64,000 bases of DNA from Calcarisporiella thermophila CBS 279.70 (taxonomy: Eukaryota; Fungi; Calcarisporiellomycota): positions 551,741-615,740 of the forward strand of contig NW_027192199.1 of assembly GCF_041956535.1 (NCBI RefSeq). The letters are read 5' to 3'. Made by a program: the position numbers and the translations under genes. Below, one piece after another: positions 36,631 through 48,600 of this stretch. The notes below the pieces were generated by a model, which had not been told where the DNA came from, searched no databases, and saw nothing but the letters and a program-made list of their open reading frames with translations. How positions within the stretch are numbered: position 1 is the stretch's first letter; each line of letters opens with the position of its first letter.

Positions 36631-38722
36631 TTAATCAATGCGCATCTGGCCCTGCGCCTGCTGCTGTTGGCCCAGAGCCTTTTGAACTCTGAGCTTTTCG
36701 CTTTTGAAGGCTTGTTTCGTGGATTTCTTCTCCGCACGCCGGTTCTAGAGCGGCAAAAGTGGGGCGGGGCATTTAATAAAACTATATATATCCCGCGGCC
36801 AATGCGGGGCCCACATGCAATCTGTAGCTTACCCGTTTTTCAGCCTTGACGGCCTCCTTGCGCCGCTTCTTCTCCTCCTTCGTCTCGCCCTTCGTTCTGG
36901 CGGCGCCCAGGTTCGCTGGATGGGAAACAAAAGCAAGTGGGGAGGGGAGAGAGAGAAAAAACATTAATCATCACGCTCCAATAAACAATAAGGTTAATCC
37001 AGGGGAGGGGGAACGGGGCCCACTCGACATAAGCCATAAGGTAAGAGGAAATTATTTGTTTGGATGCACTTTATCGATCACTCACCACGTGGGGAATTTT
37101 CAGCGTCTGATCCCTCCAGCTCCTCCTCCTCCTCCTCCTCCTCCTCCTCCTCCTCCTCCCCGCTCGAACCCTCATTCTCGGGCCCAACGTCATCGGATCG
37201 CCCTCTGCCCGTCCGCCTGTTCTCCACCTCCACGGGAATGCCCGTCTTGGGATCGATTCGAATCTTGCGCCTTGGCGCCTCCCGGATGAGCCCCGGGTGG
37301 TTTTCCAAATTGGAGTAGGTCGACAAAATCGTCTGGCAGTCCCAGTTGTTGCGCTCGCGCTCACTGCGCTCCGCCCACACATCCTCCACCTCGTCGACCC
37401 CCTTATTCCGGCCGCGCCTAGAGCCGCCCACCTGGCGGACAGACTCGCGCTCATCCTCAAGGCTGGTGTCCAGCAGGGCCTGCCGTAACGTCTCGAGTTT
37501 GTCTGTTGCGCTATCGCCTTCCAGTTTCGGTGCCATCTTCTTTCCGACAATCTCGTACTTGTCGAGGAACTCATCCAGGATTTGGTCCAGGTCCTCGCGC
37601 ACCTTCCCCTGCTGCGCAACTCCCTCCTCCCACTCCTCCTCCTCTTCCTCCTCCTCTTCCTCCTCGTATTCCCGCTCTATCCTCTCGAACTGCTCGTCCA
37701 ACAGGGTGAGCTTCTCATTGCGGAACATGGCCGACGAGCTCATCGAGTATCCAGTTGCCCGAGTCCGCCGTTCAACCAGATCGTCCTCATCACTGTCGGC
37801 CCGTTGTTGTGACCGCTTGAATTTGCGAAAAGCTGCCTGCCACTCCTCCTCCCCATTCTCCTCGTCAAAATAGTCGTCTTCCTCCTCCTCATCGTCCTCC
37901 GGGTTATAGACTGGCTCATTGGTATTCAAATTGGTAAAGAAGTCCTCATCCAGATCCCCCTCGACATACTCCTCATCCTCCAGGGCCTCCAGCACTTCTC
38001 GTACTCTAGGGTCCAGATCAGGCTGCAGCCCTAGAGAGTGGATCCGAAAAAAAAGACCGGTTATTACCCCAACTTTCAAGAACAATCGACCAAATCAGTT
38101 ACCTGGCGTCACTCCCGCTTGATTCACCATGCCGAGCGGAAGCTCCTCTTTGGACGGGAGGACTTCTGTCGGCAGGTCAACACCTGTCGATGGCGATATC
38201 ACGAATTCCAGCTCCCCACCTCGGAGTGGCCTTTCCTTGTCTTTTCTTTTACTTGAAGCCTCAACGAAGATGGCATCGGAAGACTGTCCTATTGGGCGTA
38301 GATGCTGCATATAGTCGTATTCAGCATCATCAAAGTATACACCGTACAGCGCAGCCTGCCCAGCCCGTCTGATTTTTAATTTGTAGTGTCAGCTAGCTGA
38401 AATATAGAGGCTCCGTCTGAAATGGGCCCTTACCTCTCGATCTCATTTTGCTTCTCCTCATCGATTATTGTCTTACTCTCCTCATTTTCTACTCCCTTAC
38501 CATGCTGTAATGAAAAACATGGGCACGAAGTAAGTCGCAGGCTCATCTTCATTACTAGAATGGGGGTGCCTTTACCTTTTTCAAATTCTTGGGTACAATC
38601 TCACGAAACACACGATCTGACGCCTCCTCGTTATGAATCTCGGGATCGCGTTGAGAGCGGTACACTAGCTGGTAGTGTTTTGCGGTTTTGCGATCGATGA
38701 ATTGCTTGGTATTCTTTCCCAT
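36631..38722 (-). CDS. LTV1: 40S ribosome biogenesis factor Ltv1; multi-exon
   Basis: FIDRKTAKHYQLVYRSQRDP, AALYGVYFDDAEYDYMQHL, GLQPDLDPRVREVLEALED, SMSSSAMFRNEKLTLLDEQFE, WDCQTILSTYSNLENHP, ETKEEKKRRKEAVKAEKR. Confidence 0.93.
37120..37158 (-). repeat. Coding (GAG)n microsatellite (poly-E) in LTV1
   Basis: Uninterrupted (CCT)n run on the + strand. Confidence 0.85.
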
Positions 38723-38876
38723 TGTATATATTATGAAATGTATGCGGTATAAAGGAGGTTTGTGAAGAAAAGAAAATCAAGAGATAAACAAGTCGGACTG
38801 CTTTTGTGACGCTATATTTCCGATTGTGTCAAGTCGGTAGTTTCCTCTACAACCAAATTAATTTACTGCTGCAACC

Positions 38877-39083
38877 ATGTCGACGCGCTACGATCCCTAC
38901 CTCCCTTTATTTCATTGCCTTCAGCGCCTAGATGTGGAAATTAAATCCCTACTTGAAACGCACAAAACGCTTCTTGCACAGAACTCGGACATCTCCTTGG
39001 TGGCCAACGACATGATCAACACACTTGCTACCATTGAAAAGAGATCAGATGATGAGAGAAGAAATGCAATCGCGGCTGATTAG
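38877..39083 (+). CDS. Small helical protein (68 aa), weak DASH/Dam1-subunit-like pattern
   Basis: Strong start context (gcaaccATG), divergent from LTV1, heptad-like L-x6-L-x3-H-x2-L-x3-N pattern. Confidence 0.5.
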   Translation: MSTRYDPYLPLFHCLQRLDVEIKSLLETHKTLLAQNSDISLVANDMINTLATIEKRSDDERRNAIAAD

Positions 39084-39516
39084 ATGATGCCATCTCGTGT
39101 CCTCCCAGCTATCAACTTCGGTGCATGTAAAATTTTCATTTTGAAAGTGTTCGTGTTTTTATTTTGCCTGTGTGTGCAAGATTGCGCTCCCATCCAGCCC
39201 TGGAAAAAGGTTTCAAACATAGCAGACACGACATAAAAATATATATATATACCACTGATCGAGAGTTTACCATGGGATTCTGTTGGGCCTACCTTGTATA
39301 TTAATTTGCTTGCCACTTTTCCCAAAGTCATTTTAGTTGGAGTAGGGAATGAGCCAAATAAATTCAGCAGAGTCTTTAATAGATAGGCATCTAGCACTCT
39401 ATTGCTTGGAGTATATGTTATATGTACACGGGATATGAAAAATGGAATGGCGGTAATAAAACAAGAAATTCAAGAGCAAAGACTCGCCTATGACTACGAA
39501 AAAAAAAGCATCTCGA

Positions 39517-40366
39517 TCATGGCTTGCCCAGCTCTTTCTCCAACAACTCGAATATCTCATTCAGCTCTTGCTGAGATTTCGTATCCTCTCGGACCCATCG
39601 CACGCGTGGCGGTCTACGCATATTTCCAAGGTGGGCAAGAACTCTGGCCGATAATCGGTGGCGATGAATCCTCATTTGGTGCTCTATCATATCCTATTCA
39701 AAACAAGAATAGGTTAATTAAGTAGTGAAAAAGAATAAATAGCATTAGAGAGAAAGAATGAAAACGAAGTATGGACTTGGAAAATGAACATACTCCCGTA
39801 ACTTTTTTATCAGGGGTTGCTTGCCAAATGACTTTTGCAATGGGGGTTGCTTCACCATACTCTTCCACTTGGACATCCTTCACTGCCACGTGAAGAGCGG
39901 TAAGATGGGGATGCAGAGGCGCATCCATCGTAAACATGTTGAGGAGAGCTCGATTAACACGCTGAGACAGTTGGACGTTTCGCGAAATGCTCTTCTGAGA
40001 TTCCTCGGTGCCCAGCGTGGCAATGGGCGTCTTCAAATTCCGGGAGGGGAGAGTTCGAACGATGGGCAGCTATTATCGACACATCAGCCAAGGACTTACA
40101 CAAACAGGTCGAATCCATTGCATTACTACCTTTGCGCGCTCTTTCTCAATGGATCGGTTGCTTTTTCGCTGTTCCTTGAAGTAGCGCAAGTATTTACCCG
40201 GGATCATGTGAGTTCGAGTAACATCCTCGTCGATTGATTGCTTTTGGGACGGTTGCGATTTCGTGCCTTGCGAGTTCAACTCCATCCCACGTTTGGGCGC
40301 TATCGATGAGAGAAATCTTGCGCAATGGAGGCGTTGTGGTAGGAGACGCACATAGGACCGAAGCAT
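39517..40366 (-). CDS. Putative mitochondrial ribosome-binding factor A (RbfA-like). Exons 40366-40130, 40069-39794, 39693-39517.
   Basis: Mitochondrial presequence MLRSYVRLLPQR; RbfA-like pattern SQRVNRAL...VAVKDVQV...AKVIW...RLSARVLAHLGNMRRPPRVRWVRED; splicing restores the frame. Confidence 0.6.
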
Positions 40367-40551
40367 TGCTTTCCTTTTTTCTTGGTGTTTGAATAAAGGG
40401 ACTTTGTAAAATGGAAAGCAAGTCACAAGCTCTACTTGATTGATTTCGAGCTTAAAAGTGAATGGTTTGGGTGAAGGGGTGTGCACCTTTTGGTAGTGTT
40501 TGCGACAATTTGTATTTATTATATAATAATGAAAAAAAAAAGCGAATTGTC

Positions 40552-42548
40552 CTACATATCCATCTCATCGTCCTCCTCCTCGTCCTCCTCCTCTTCGTCA
40601 TCGTCCATCTCCTGGGCGGCACCATTCTCCGCGCCATTCGCCTCCTCGTCGTCATCCTCTTCCTCCTCTTCGTTTGGATCATAAGGCAGTCCCACTGGGG
40701 CCTTTTCTGTGACCTCAGGAAGTTGAACTCCCCGTCCATCAAAGGCTCTTCGTACGCCTGCATTTGACGAGATATCCCAGATCTGAACGTGGCCTTTCGA
40801 ACCAGCGAGGGCAAGTTGGAATGGAGAGTCGGGGCAGAAGGCAGCCGAAAAGACCTTACCCTAATACCAAAGAAATCATAACGCGAAAATTAAAAAAAAA
40901 AAATAGGAAGAGCAGGCACGCGGGTCCAAAATGAATATACGTACCACACCAAGGTCTCTGCTCAAGACCATACTTGGCTTATTGTCCTTGAGATCCCAAA
41001 TCTTCACCGTTTTATCCCCCGACCCTGTTACCAGACAACCAGATACCAAAGGACTGATGTCGAGGGCAGAAACGGGGGAATCGTGGGCATGCAGAGTGAA
41101 TATAGGTCCACCAGCCATGTTTCGAGCATCATATTTGTGGACCAAACCAAGTTCGGTGCTTACCTAGATTGCAAAACACGGCCAGGTTAGAGCCGATCGA
41201 AGCGGGCCGACGCTTGCAGCATGTACTTACGAAGAAAGATTCGGGGGCGAAGGGATCCCAGCGCACACACTCGGGGTCCGCGGAGAGCTTCCAAGAGCTC
41301 ACGCTTTCGGGCGCCCGTGAATCGAAAGCGGCCACGGTCTTATCGTAACTCGCAGTCAACATGACGGTTGCCTCCACCGGGTTCCATTGCACACACTGGA
41401 CCTTATCTTTGTGGTGTTCAAAGGATCGTGCGCATTTGAGGGTTGTCAAATCCCACAGTTTGACGGTGGTGTCGGCCGACGAGGATGCCAACAGGTTGCG
41501 GTGGTTGCGATTCCAGGAGAGGGACATGACAGCATCAGTGTGGCAATTTGGGTTAGGGCCCTTCTTCTTCTTCTTCTTCTTTTTCTTCGTGCTGCTCTTA
41601 TTGGCTGCTTCCTCTGTGGGCTCTGAGGTGGAGTCACCCAGGATGGCATCGGGGTACATAGCATCGATGGTATCCAGATCCCAAATTTCGATTTCGGGCT
41701 CAAAAGTGCCGACCGCTACGTAGTTGCCGCTACCTTCAAGATGAGCCTTGCGCCCAACCCGGAAGTCCAGCCATTCGACGCAAAGTGGGAAAGCGGGCAA
41801 CATGAAGTCGTGATGCACGTAGAGGTTATCTTCACTTTCTTCGTATACATAGGCTTCTAAATGGGAGATGTCGTCTTCTGTTTTGGCGGCAAGGAGTAGG
41901 TTGTCGGTGGGCATGATTTGAGTATCCTCGTTATCTGAGTCTTCGTCCTATCCCCCAAATCACAGGCGAAAAAAGGCCCCATAGATTAGAAGACGAGCTC
42001 TTTACAATATCCAACCAAAAAGGGAGAACCATATACCTTCTTTAATGTGACATATGGGTCCTCTTCGTTTGAGGCGAAATAGGAGAGTCCTTTGATGTTG
42101 GAAAATACAGAGAATTCTAAAGGCCCGTTGAAACGAACAGTCAGTTTTTTGCTTCAGGAAGCTAAAAGTCAGCCGATTCTCTTACTTTCCGCTGTAGCTG
42201 GCTCATCGTCATAGTCGTCCAAGTTGTATATTGACAACTCCGAATCCTCATTAGAATCCTTAGACTCTTTGTTGGAAGGCTTGGCCTCCTTGTCCTTTGC
42301 CTCACTAAGCGGAACGAAAAAAAGATTATGAGCACCGCCATTCTCTCCATCTCCATGCTGGCCCGCAATTAAGAATGGAGAGAGGAAATCCCTACTTACG
42401 CTTGGGCCTCTTCCAGGTCCTGTTCTGCATCCTCGAGATGCTCCTTCGCCAGCTTTTTTATCCGCTCATACTCCTTCTCATCGAGCTCATACTTGTCCGG
42501 TTGTTGCTGAGCTACCCCCTTTCGGACCCAACACAATGCTGAAATCAT
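40552..42548 (-). CDS. PWP1: Periodic tryptophan protein 1 (WD40, ribosome biogenesis); multi-exon
   Basis: MISALCWVRKG, NLYVHHDFMLPAFPLCVEWL, NYVAVGTFEPEIEIWDLD, HTDAVMSLSWN, acidic tail. Confidence 0.95.
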
Positions 42549-42911
42549 GTTGCTCTAGTTTTCTTCGGGGATATGACTTTTTTCCATAAAGCTAGTGGAC
42601 TATTTTTATTTACTTCGGCACCAAGTATGCGTGGCTTATGTGACTGCGAAAAATGCGATGGACAGTTAGGAAATTCAAATATTGCGATGAATAAAAAAAA
42701 AGTTTCTGATATTTTAGATATGTATAAACATTGAAGAGAGAGAGAAAAAAAAAAGTAAACGGACTGGAGAATAAAAATTTGAACATGTAGATGGGAGGGA
42801 AAAAAAATACAAGTGTTAAAAAAAAAAGCTTATACCAAGATTAATATAACATATTGGAATGGTTGTTCACAGTTAACTGACGCTCGAGATAAAAAAACTA
42901 AGGGAAATATA

Positions 42912-45254
42912 TCATACAACACGTGGATACAATCCACACTCCGTCTCTTCTATTTCGCTCTTTTCCTCTACGTGTTTTGATTCTTTAGTCCTCCGTTGAT
43001 ATGCAGTGTTGATCACTTGGTACAGGCGCCGCACCAGGGCTGCATGCTCGGAACGCACCCGACTTGGATTCTGCTCCTTCTTCTCGGCGCCATCGACTGA
43101 CAGCTGTTCTATTGCGCTGGTCAGCTGCTCCATCACTTGGGCCTCCTCCTCTGCACCCTGTTCGAGGCCATTGAAAGTGACCTTCTTCTTCTGATTTGGC
43201 GACCGCGACACCAGTATACTGTGGGCAACCAATTTCTTGTCTTCTACAGTGGGGGCTACGATGTATTTCGGCAACGGCTCCTTCTCTTCCTCCATATCCT
43301 CGCCTTTGATCTCGCGCTTAACAAGCTCTTGTTCATCCATCGGCTCGGGTTTAACCTGCTTAATCTCCTCTTCCTCCTCTTCCTCCTCAAAGTCGCTCAC
43401 CGGCTCTTGTTTCACTTTGACGTCATCCTCGCTTAATGGCTCCGCTTTCACTTCCATCGGCAATGGGCTCGGCGAATCCAGGATCACCCATTGCGAAATA
43501 TCCTCGTCCTCCTCTTCGCCCGGCACGTCCTTCCCGATCTCCGAATCCTCTGCTTTATCTGCCCTCGCGCGAGTGACGTTCAGCATAGCCTGCACATTGG
43601 GGGTCCAGTAGTTGGCCGAGATCTGCGCCGACTGCATGGAGTTGACGCGTTTGCCCGTTGTCCCACCGAATACCGGGAGTACCGGTGGAAGGCCTTGAGG
43701 CGTGGCGGAGTAATTCCCGTTCACGTTTGGATAGTTACCGTTGACAAGACACAGGAAATCGGAGGGGTCAGAGGATGACTTCTGATCGCCATTCTCCAGG
43801 GTCGCTCCATCGGAGAGAGCCCTTGAGCCCAGGGAGGGATAGAGTGCGTCGTCCGTGGATTCCTGTGGGGTCACGGTGAGATCAAACTCGAATTTACCTG
43901 GAGCTATTCCCGCGGCCGTGGTGGCGGGGTTGGAGTCCATCTCAAGGCTCGGATAGAGAAGGGCGTCAGAAAACGACTGATCAGGCAGCTTTATGTTCGA
44001 AGGATCGACATAGTACTGTGCCGAATTGGAGTTTGGGGTCGTCTGCATGTCGAACAATGCCGCCTGCACCTCGACACTGCCGTCGCTGTGGGCAGAGTTG
44101 GGCGAAACAAGCAGCTCTCCATTGATATCCTGGGCAAGCTGCGACAGCCACTGATTCAGCTCTGCAAGCTCATTCTCACTCTGGACAGCCCCTGACAAGT
44201 GCTCCTCATCAAACACAAAGTTTGCAGCTAAACTGTTTAGTTTCTCTGCCATATCTGTTGAGTTTGTATAAGAAGAATTCAAAAGTGTCAGCAATGGGCA
44301 ATTATAAGAGTTGCAACTGTAACAACACATCATAAACACATATTCATCAAATTGGTGTTGACTCTGACCTTGATTGTATTCTGGTTTCAAGCGTTTGTTT
44401 TTCAGGATATCACCAAGCAGCTCGTCCAATAGATCTTGCCCCGCATTCAGGGAGTCAAGGTCGATTGAATCCACTTGGCTGTAGCCTCGCTTGGAACCGG
44501 TGTTAGGGGGGTAGGGGGAGCGCTTGCCTTGGAAAGCAAACTCCCCGCAGCCGGTGTCAATTTCGGGAGACAAAGTCACGTCACGCGGGGTGAACACTAA
44601 TAATAATAGGTAAAAATGCGTCAGCATTATCTGAATCATCGCCAGAACAAAAAACGGCACACCTTCTGAGTTTATACTATGCGGAGAGAGTGGGTCGTTG
44701 TGCGGTGAAAAATCGCCAGAAGTGAGCGACGGGGAGCTGTCGGACCAGGAGGTTTGAGGAGGGGTCGGGGGTTGGTAGGCCTTGTTCTGCAGCTTAGCCT
44801 TGTTGCTTTTCTGTTGCTGATTTGTGCGCAGCATCTGCTGATGTTCCTCTGTGTGTGTTTTCTCATGCTTCTTCAAGTCCTGAGGCCGCTTAAACGCTTT
44901 TCCGCAAATCTAGCAGACATGAGGAGAGACTTTAGTCATCAAGTCAGGGGTGGGTCAAAAGAAACTAATGCATACCTCACATGCATGCGGTTTTAAGGGG
45001 ACATGGACTCGTAGATGGGATGTCAGATGATCACGCTTGGCCTTCTGAACAGTGCAATCTGCCCAGCGACACTCAAGACAGAGATTGTTAGTGGATTTGC
45101 GGCCAATATGTTCGTTGCAAAGATGTGAATACAGTAGCTCGGCATCATCGAATTCCCTCGTGCAGTTTTGCCACTGGCAAGTAACCGTCTGTGGGGTTCG
45201 AATCGTGGGAGTGATGTTGGGGAGGGAGAATTTGGTGTCGACAGTTGCACTCAT
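42912..45254 (-). CDS. pacC: pH-response transcription factor PacC/Rim101; multi-exon
   Basis: [24 protein letters not shown]...[20 protein letters not shown]|[20 protein letters not shown]; YPx(L/I)-like motifs LYPSL (twice) and LYPRV. Confidence 0.93.
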
Positions 45255-45663
45255 TTGTGCAAAGTATACTTCTCTTTGGAAAAAATTAGAAAATGGATGG
45301 AGCCAAAAATATCAGAAATGACACTTGTATAAAAGGAAATAGTTCTTGGAGATTACAATATCATTCAAAATCGAGATTGAAAATAAATTTCATAACTAAG
45401 AAATAGAAGCTTGAGAAATGCTAAGAAAAAAAAAACCGCACAGCCCCTCAACATGACTCTTTCTTATTGAACCAAATGTAGAGAGATACAGGGATTCCAT
45501 CGTTTTTCGAGAAAATCCCGTGAAGTTATTCTTATCCAATCAGCATCACGCAAGTGTTAGATAACTTACAACAAATTTATAGTAAATTGCGACGATTAAA
45601 TAGTTAAATACTAGAGAAAAAGTGAAATCAGAAAACTCTGAAACTCCGTGCATAATGTAGATG

Positions 45664-48600
45664 TCAGCAAAGTCTCGCCAGCAGTCGGGCCTTTCTACTC
45701 TCCTCTTCTTTCATCGCCTGCAGTAGCATAGGCGCCTGAGAAGAATCCAATTGATGCCCTTCGAGTAAGATCCTCATTTGGTCCGTTGTCACGGTTGGCA
45801 ATACCATGTCTTCTCCAGTTAGAAACACTTGCAAAATAGACGTTGAACACAAGGGCAAATCCTTGTCTGGAGGCTGCCCTAGCATGCGGACTATTCTCTC
45901 CAATTGACCGATCAGCTCCTCAGGTTTAGACTTCGACGATTTGCGACCAGATAGAGAAGCATCGAGCTTGTCAAGCATAGAGTCGAAATTGGTGAGATAG
46001 GATTTCCAATCGGAGTCACGAACAGAGCAAGGTGCCACTTCAACAACGGATGAAGAAGAATTCACCCTGGTGGAAGAGTGCACTTGAATTGCGTGCCACT
46101 GCTTGACCCATATCTTGTACCGCTCCACATAACTCCGAATCGCTCGGATGCCGTTGCAATTAATAGACAGACTATCCGTGACTACCGAATGCAAATTAAG
46201 CCCGCCAAGTATAGCTGTGCTAACCCTCTTAACAGGCTTATCTTTAACGAAAAGAGCGGGGTGCACGCTCAAAGATCCCCCTCGTTGGAGCGGATCCGGA
46301 AGCAAGGTCATTTGCATAGCCGTCAGTCCAATTGACACCTGAATTGCACCTGGTGAGCCACAAATCTGTAGCGTTGGTGGAGAGAGATATGTCTCGAACT
46401 CTTCGCGGGTTGTTACGTTCTCGGGCGACAATAGATGGAATTTGAAACGCACAGAATCACGTATATCTTCCACGGCGGTTACTAAATCCCTTAGGCTCTT
46501 GTTATTCCTCCGGTGCTCCACCCCCATCCCTCCTAGCACCACCTCTATATAAGCAAAATATCCAACTTGCATCAATTGATCCCAATGCCTTCGACATTCT
46601 TGAGCGCCAATCTTCATCGATTCACAGTCCTTGCCCTTACAAAACGCAAGTGCCATCCACGTGAATTCTGTTGTCAGTGCGCAAAGGATGTGCGCAAAGG
46701 CTGCATCGCGGTTCCTACGCTCTTCTGCCCAATTAGGAGAGCTCATTTGACGCATATCTGCAAGTAACAAATGGTAGTCTAAAAGTGATACAGCTCGAGA
46801 ATAGAGTAGGCGCACCGATTCCGCCATCTCTCGGAGAGAAGTCTTCATATCTCGTCTTGCTACTTCGAGCTCGGGCACTGGTTGAGCGGGAGAGACGTCC
46901 TGGTAGCAACCAATGTCACATAGTATGCGTGTATGGACTTCTACGCTTGGGAGCGCGTTGACAGTAACACGCTCGATCAAAGCGTCGAATTCCGACACGT
47001 AATCATGATGGGGTGGTAGCCGGGCATCCTTCAGTATGCTATGCAATATCTTGATAATTTCCTGGACATAGAAACTGACTTCTTTTGTGGCGGTGGCTAT
47101 TTGCTTAGTGTCTGTATATTTAAATTTCTCAAGGGATAAGATGCATTGTTCAAGCCCAGTCCATATGACTGTGAGGTCTGACGCATAGGTTTCTATGGCT
47201 CTACGCACTTCAAAAAACGGAGCAAGTGGACCTGGTTTGACATTGGAAGATTTCGTATTCACTACTACGTCGACGAAGTTGCGTGGAATCTCGAAATGTG
47301 TAGTCCGGTAGTTTTTAACTATAAGCGTTAAAATACATTAGCAAACTACTTGTTACAGGCAAATTCGGATGTGGATAGTTACAGGTGCCATCATCGTCTT
47401 GCACGTCCATTTCTCGGACTCGACATACAAGCTGTTCCCAAGCAGATCCATCCGATTTGTCGCCTTCTCTCCTATGCAAGAGAGTTCTAGATGTAGTCCA
47501 CCGCTTCTTTGCCTCCCTGCCGATCTCCTTGGCTATTTCGGTATAATATCCGATCATCTGTCGGTGAACTTCCATCTGCCGTTGCTTTGCTTGTTCTAAC
47601 TTGGGCTTTATAGAGGAGGGTGCATTGGAAGTGTCAATAGCCTCAAGTCTAAGCAGGAATGTGCGCTCATCAGCAATATAGGCTTTCAGGAGAAGTTGCG
47701 GAACCGCAATATTAAAAGGAGATTCGGTTGAGAGTTCGAAGATTTTTAGGAAGCTATCATTCGAGGTTTTTGCAAAATAGGTCTGTATCAAAGGATCAGG
47801 GCAGGGTGGGGGCAAGATGGGATCTCTATAGCTTGGTGGGACTCGCGCCTATCATATAATAGAATCAGCATATAGGCTAGCAAGGGCAGTGGGATTAGCA
47901 ATTACCTTTCTTGTCCGTACTGTTAATCGCCCCACTACCTCTGATACATCCTGTATATTACCGCTCGATGCCTTTAGCACCTCCAACTCAAAAGGGCGCG
48001 TTCCCCATATCCCTCTTGATCCAGCAACCAATGTGCTGAGTTTACATTTCACCATGCCGAAACATTCAGGATCTGCTGAGGTATTTGCAAGGGGGTATTT
48101 CAATGCGAACTGAAGGAGAATATCTTGCGAGGGATTATCAGGAACCACCACAGAAAGGCATATATAAAATCTAACCGCTCTTTCTTGGTTGCTCTCGGCC
48201 TTGGGAATAGCGACGCATTCGGTCTTGCCGAGCTCTAGCCATGATCCATGACAGTCAGACATCACCACGAATATCTCTGCGGGAAGAGTGGAGGTAGAGC
48301 CGGGGAAGCTGCATCCAAAAGAGAGTTCGTAAATATCCCCTATCTTAAGCGCGGAGGGCTGTTGCTGTTCTAGTTTATTTAACTTTTGAGACTCGGATGA
48401 GACCGAAGAAGTAACTGATCCGACGCTAGTCGAAAAACGCCTTGACTTCGACCTCCTCGAGGTTGTGCTCTTTGACCCTAATATCCCAGCGCCCGTAGAA
48501 TTGCTTGTTGTGGTGGCATTTGTGGAAAGTGAATGTGCTGATGACATAGAGAGTGTCTTTACTGGCTTGGAGAGGGGTGGAGAGGGTAATGCGTCCAAGT

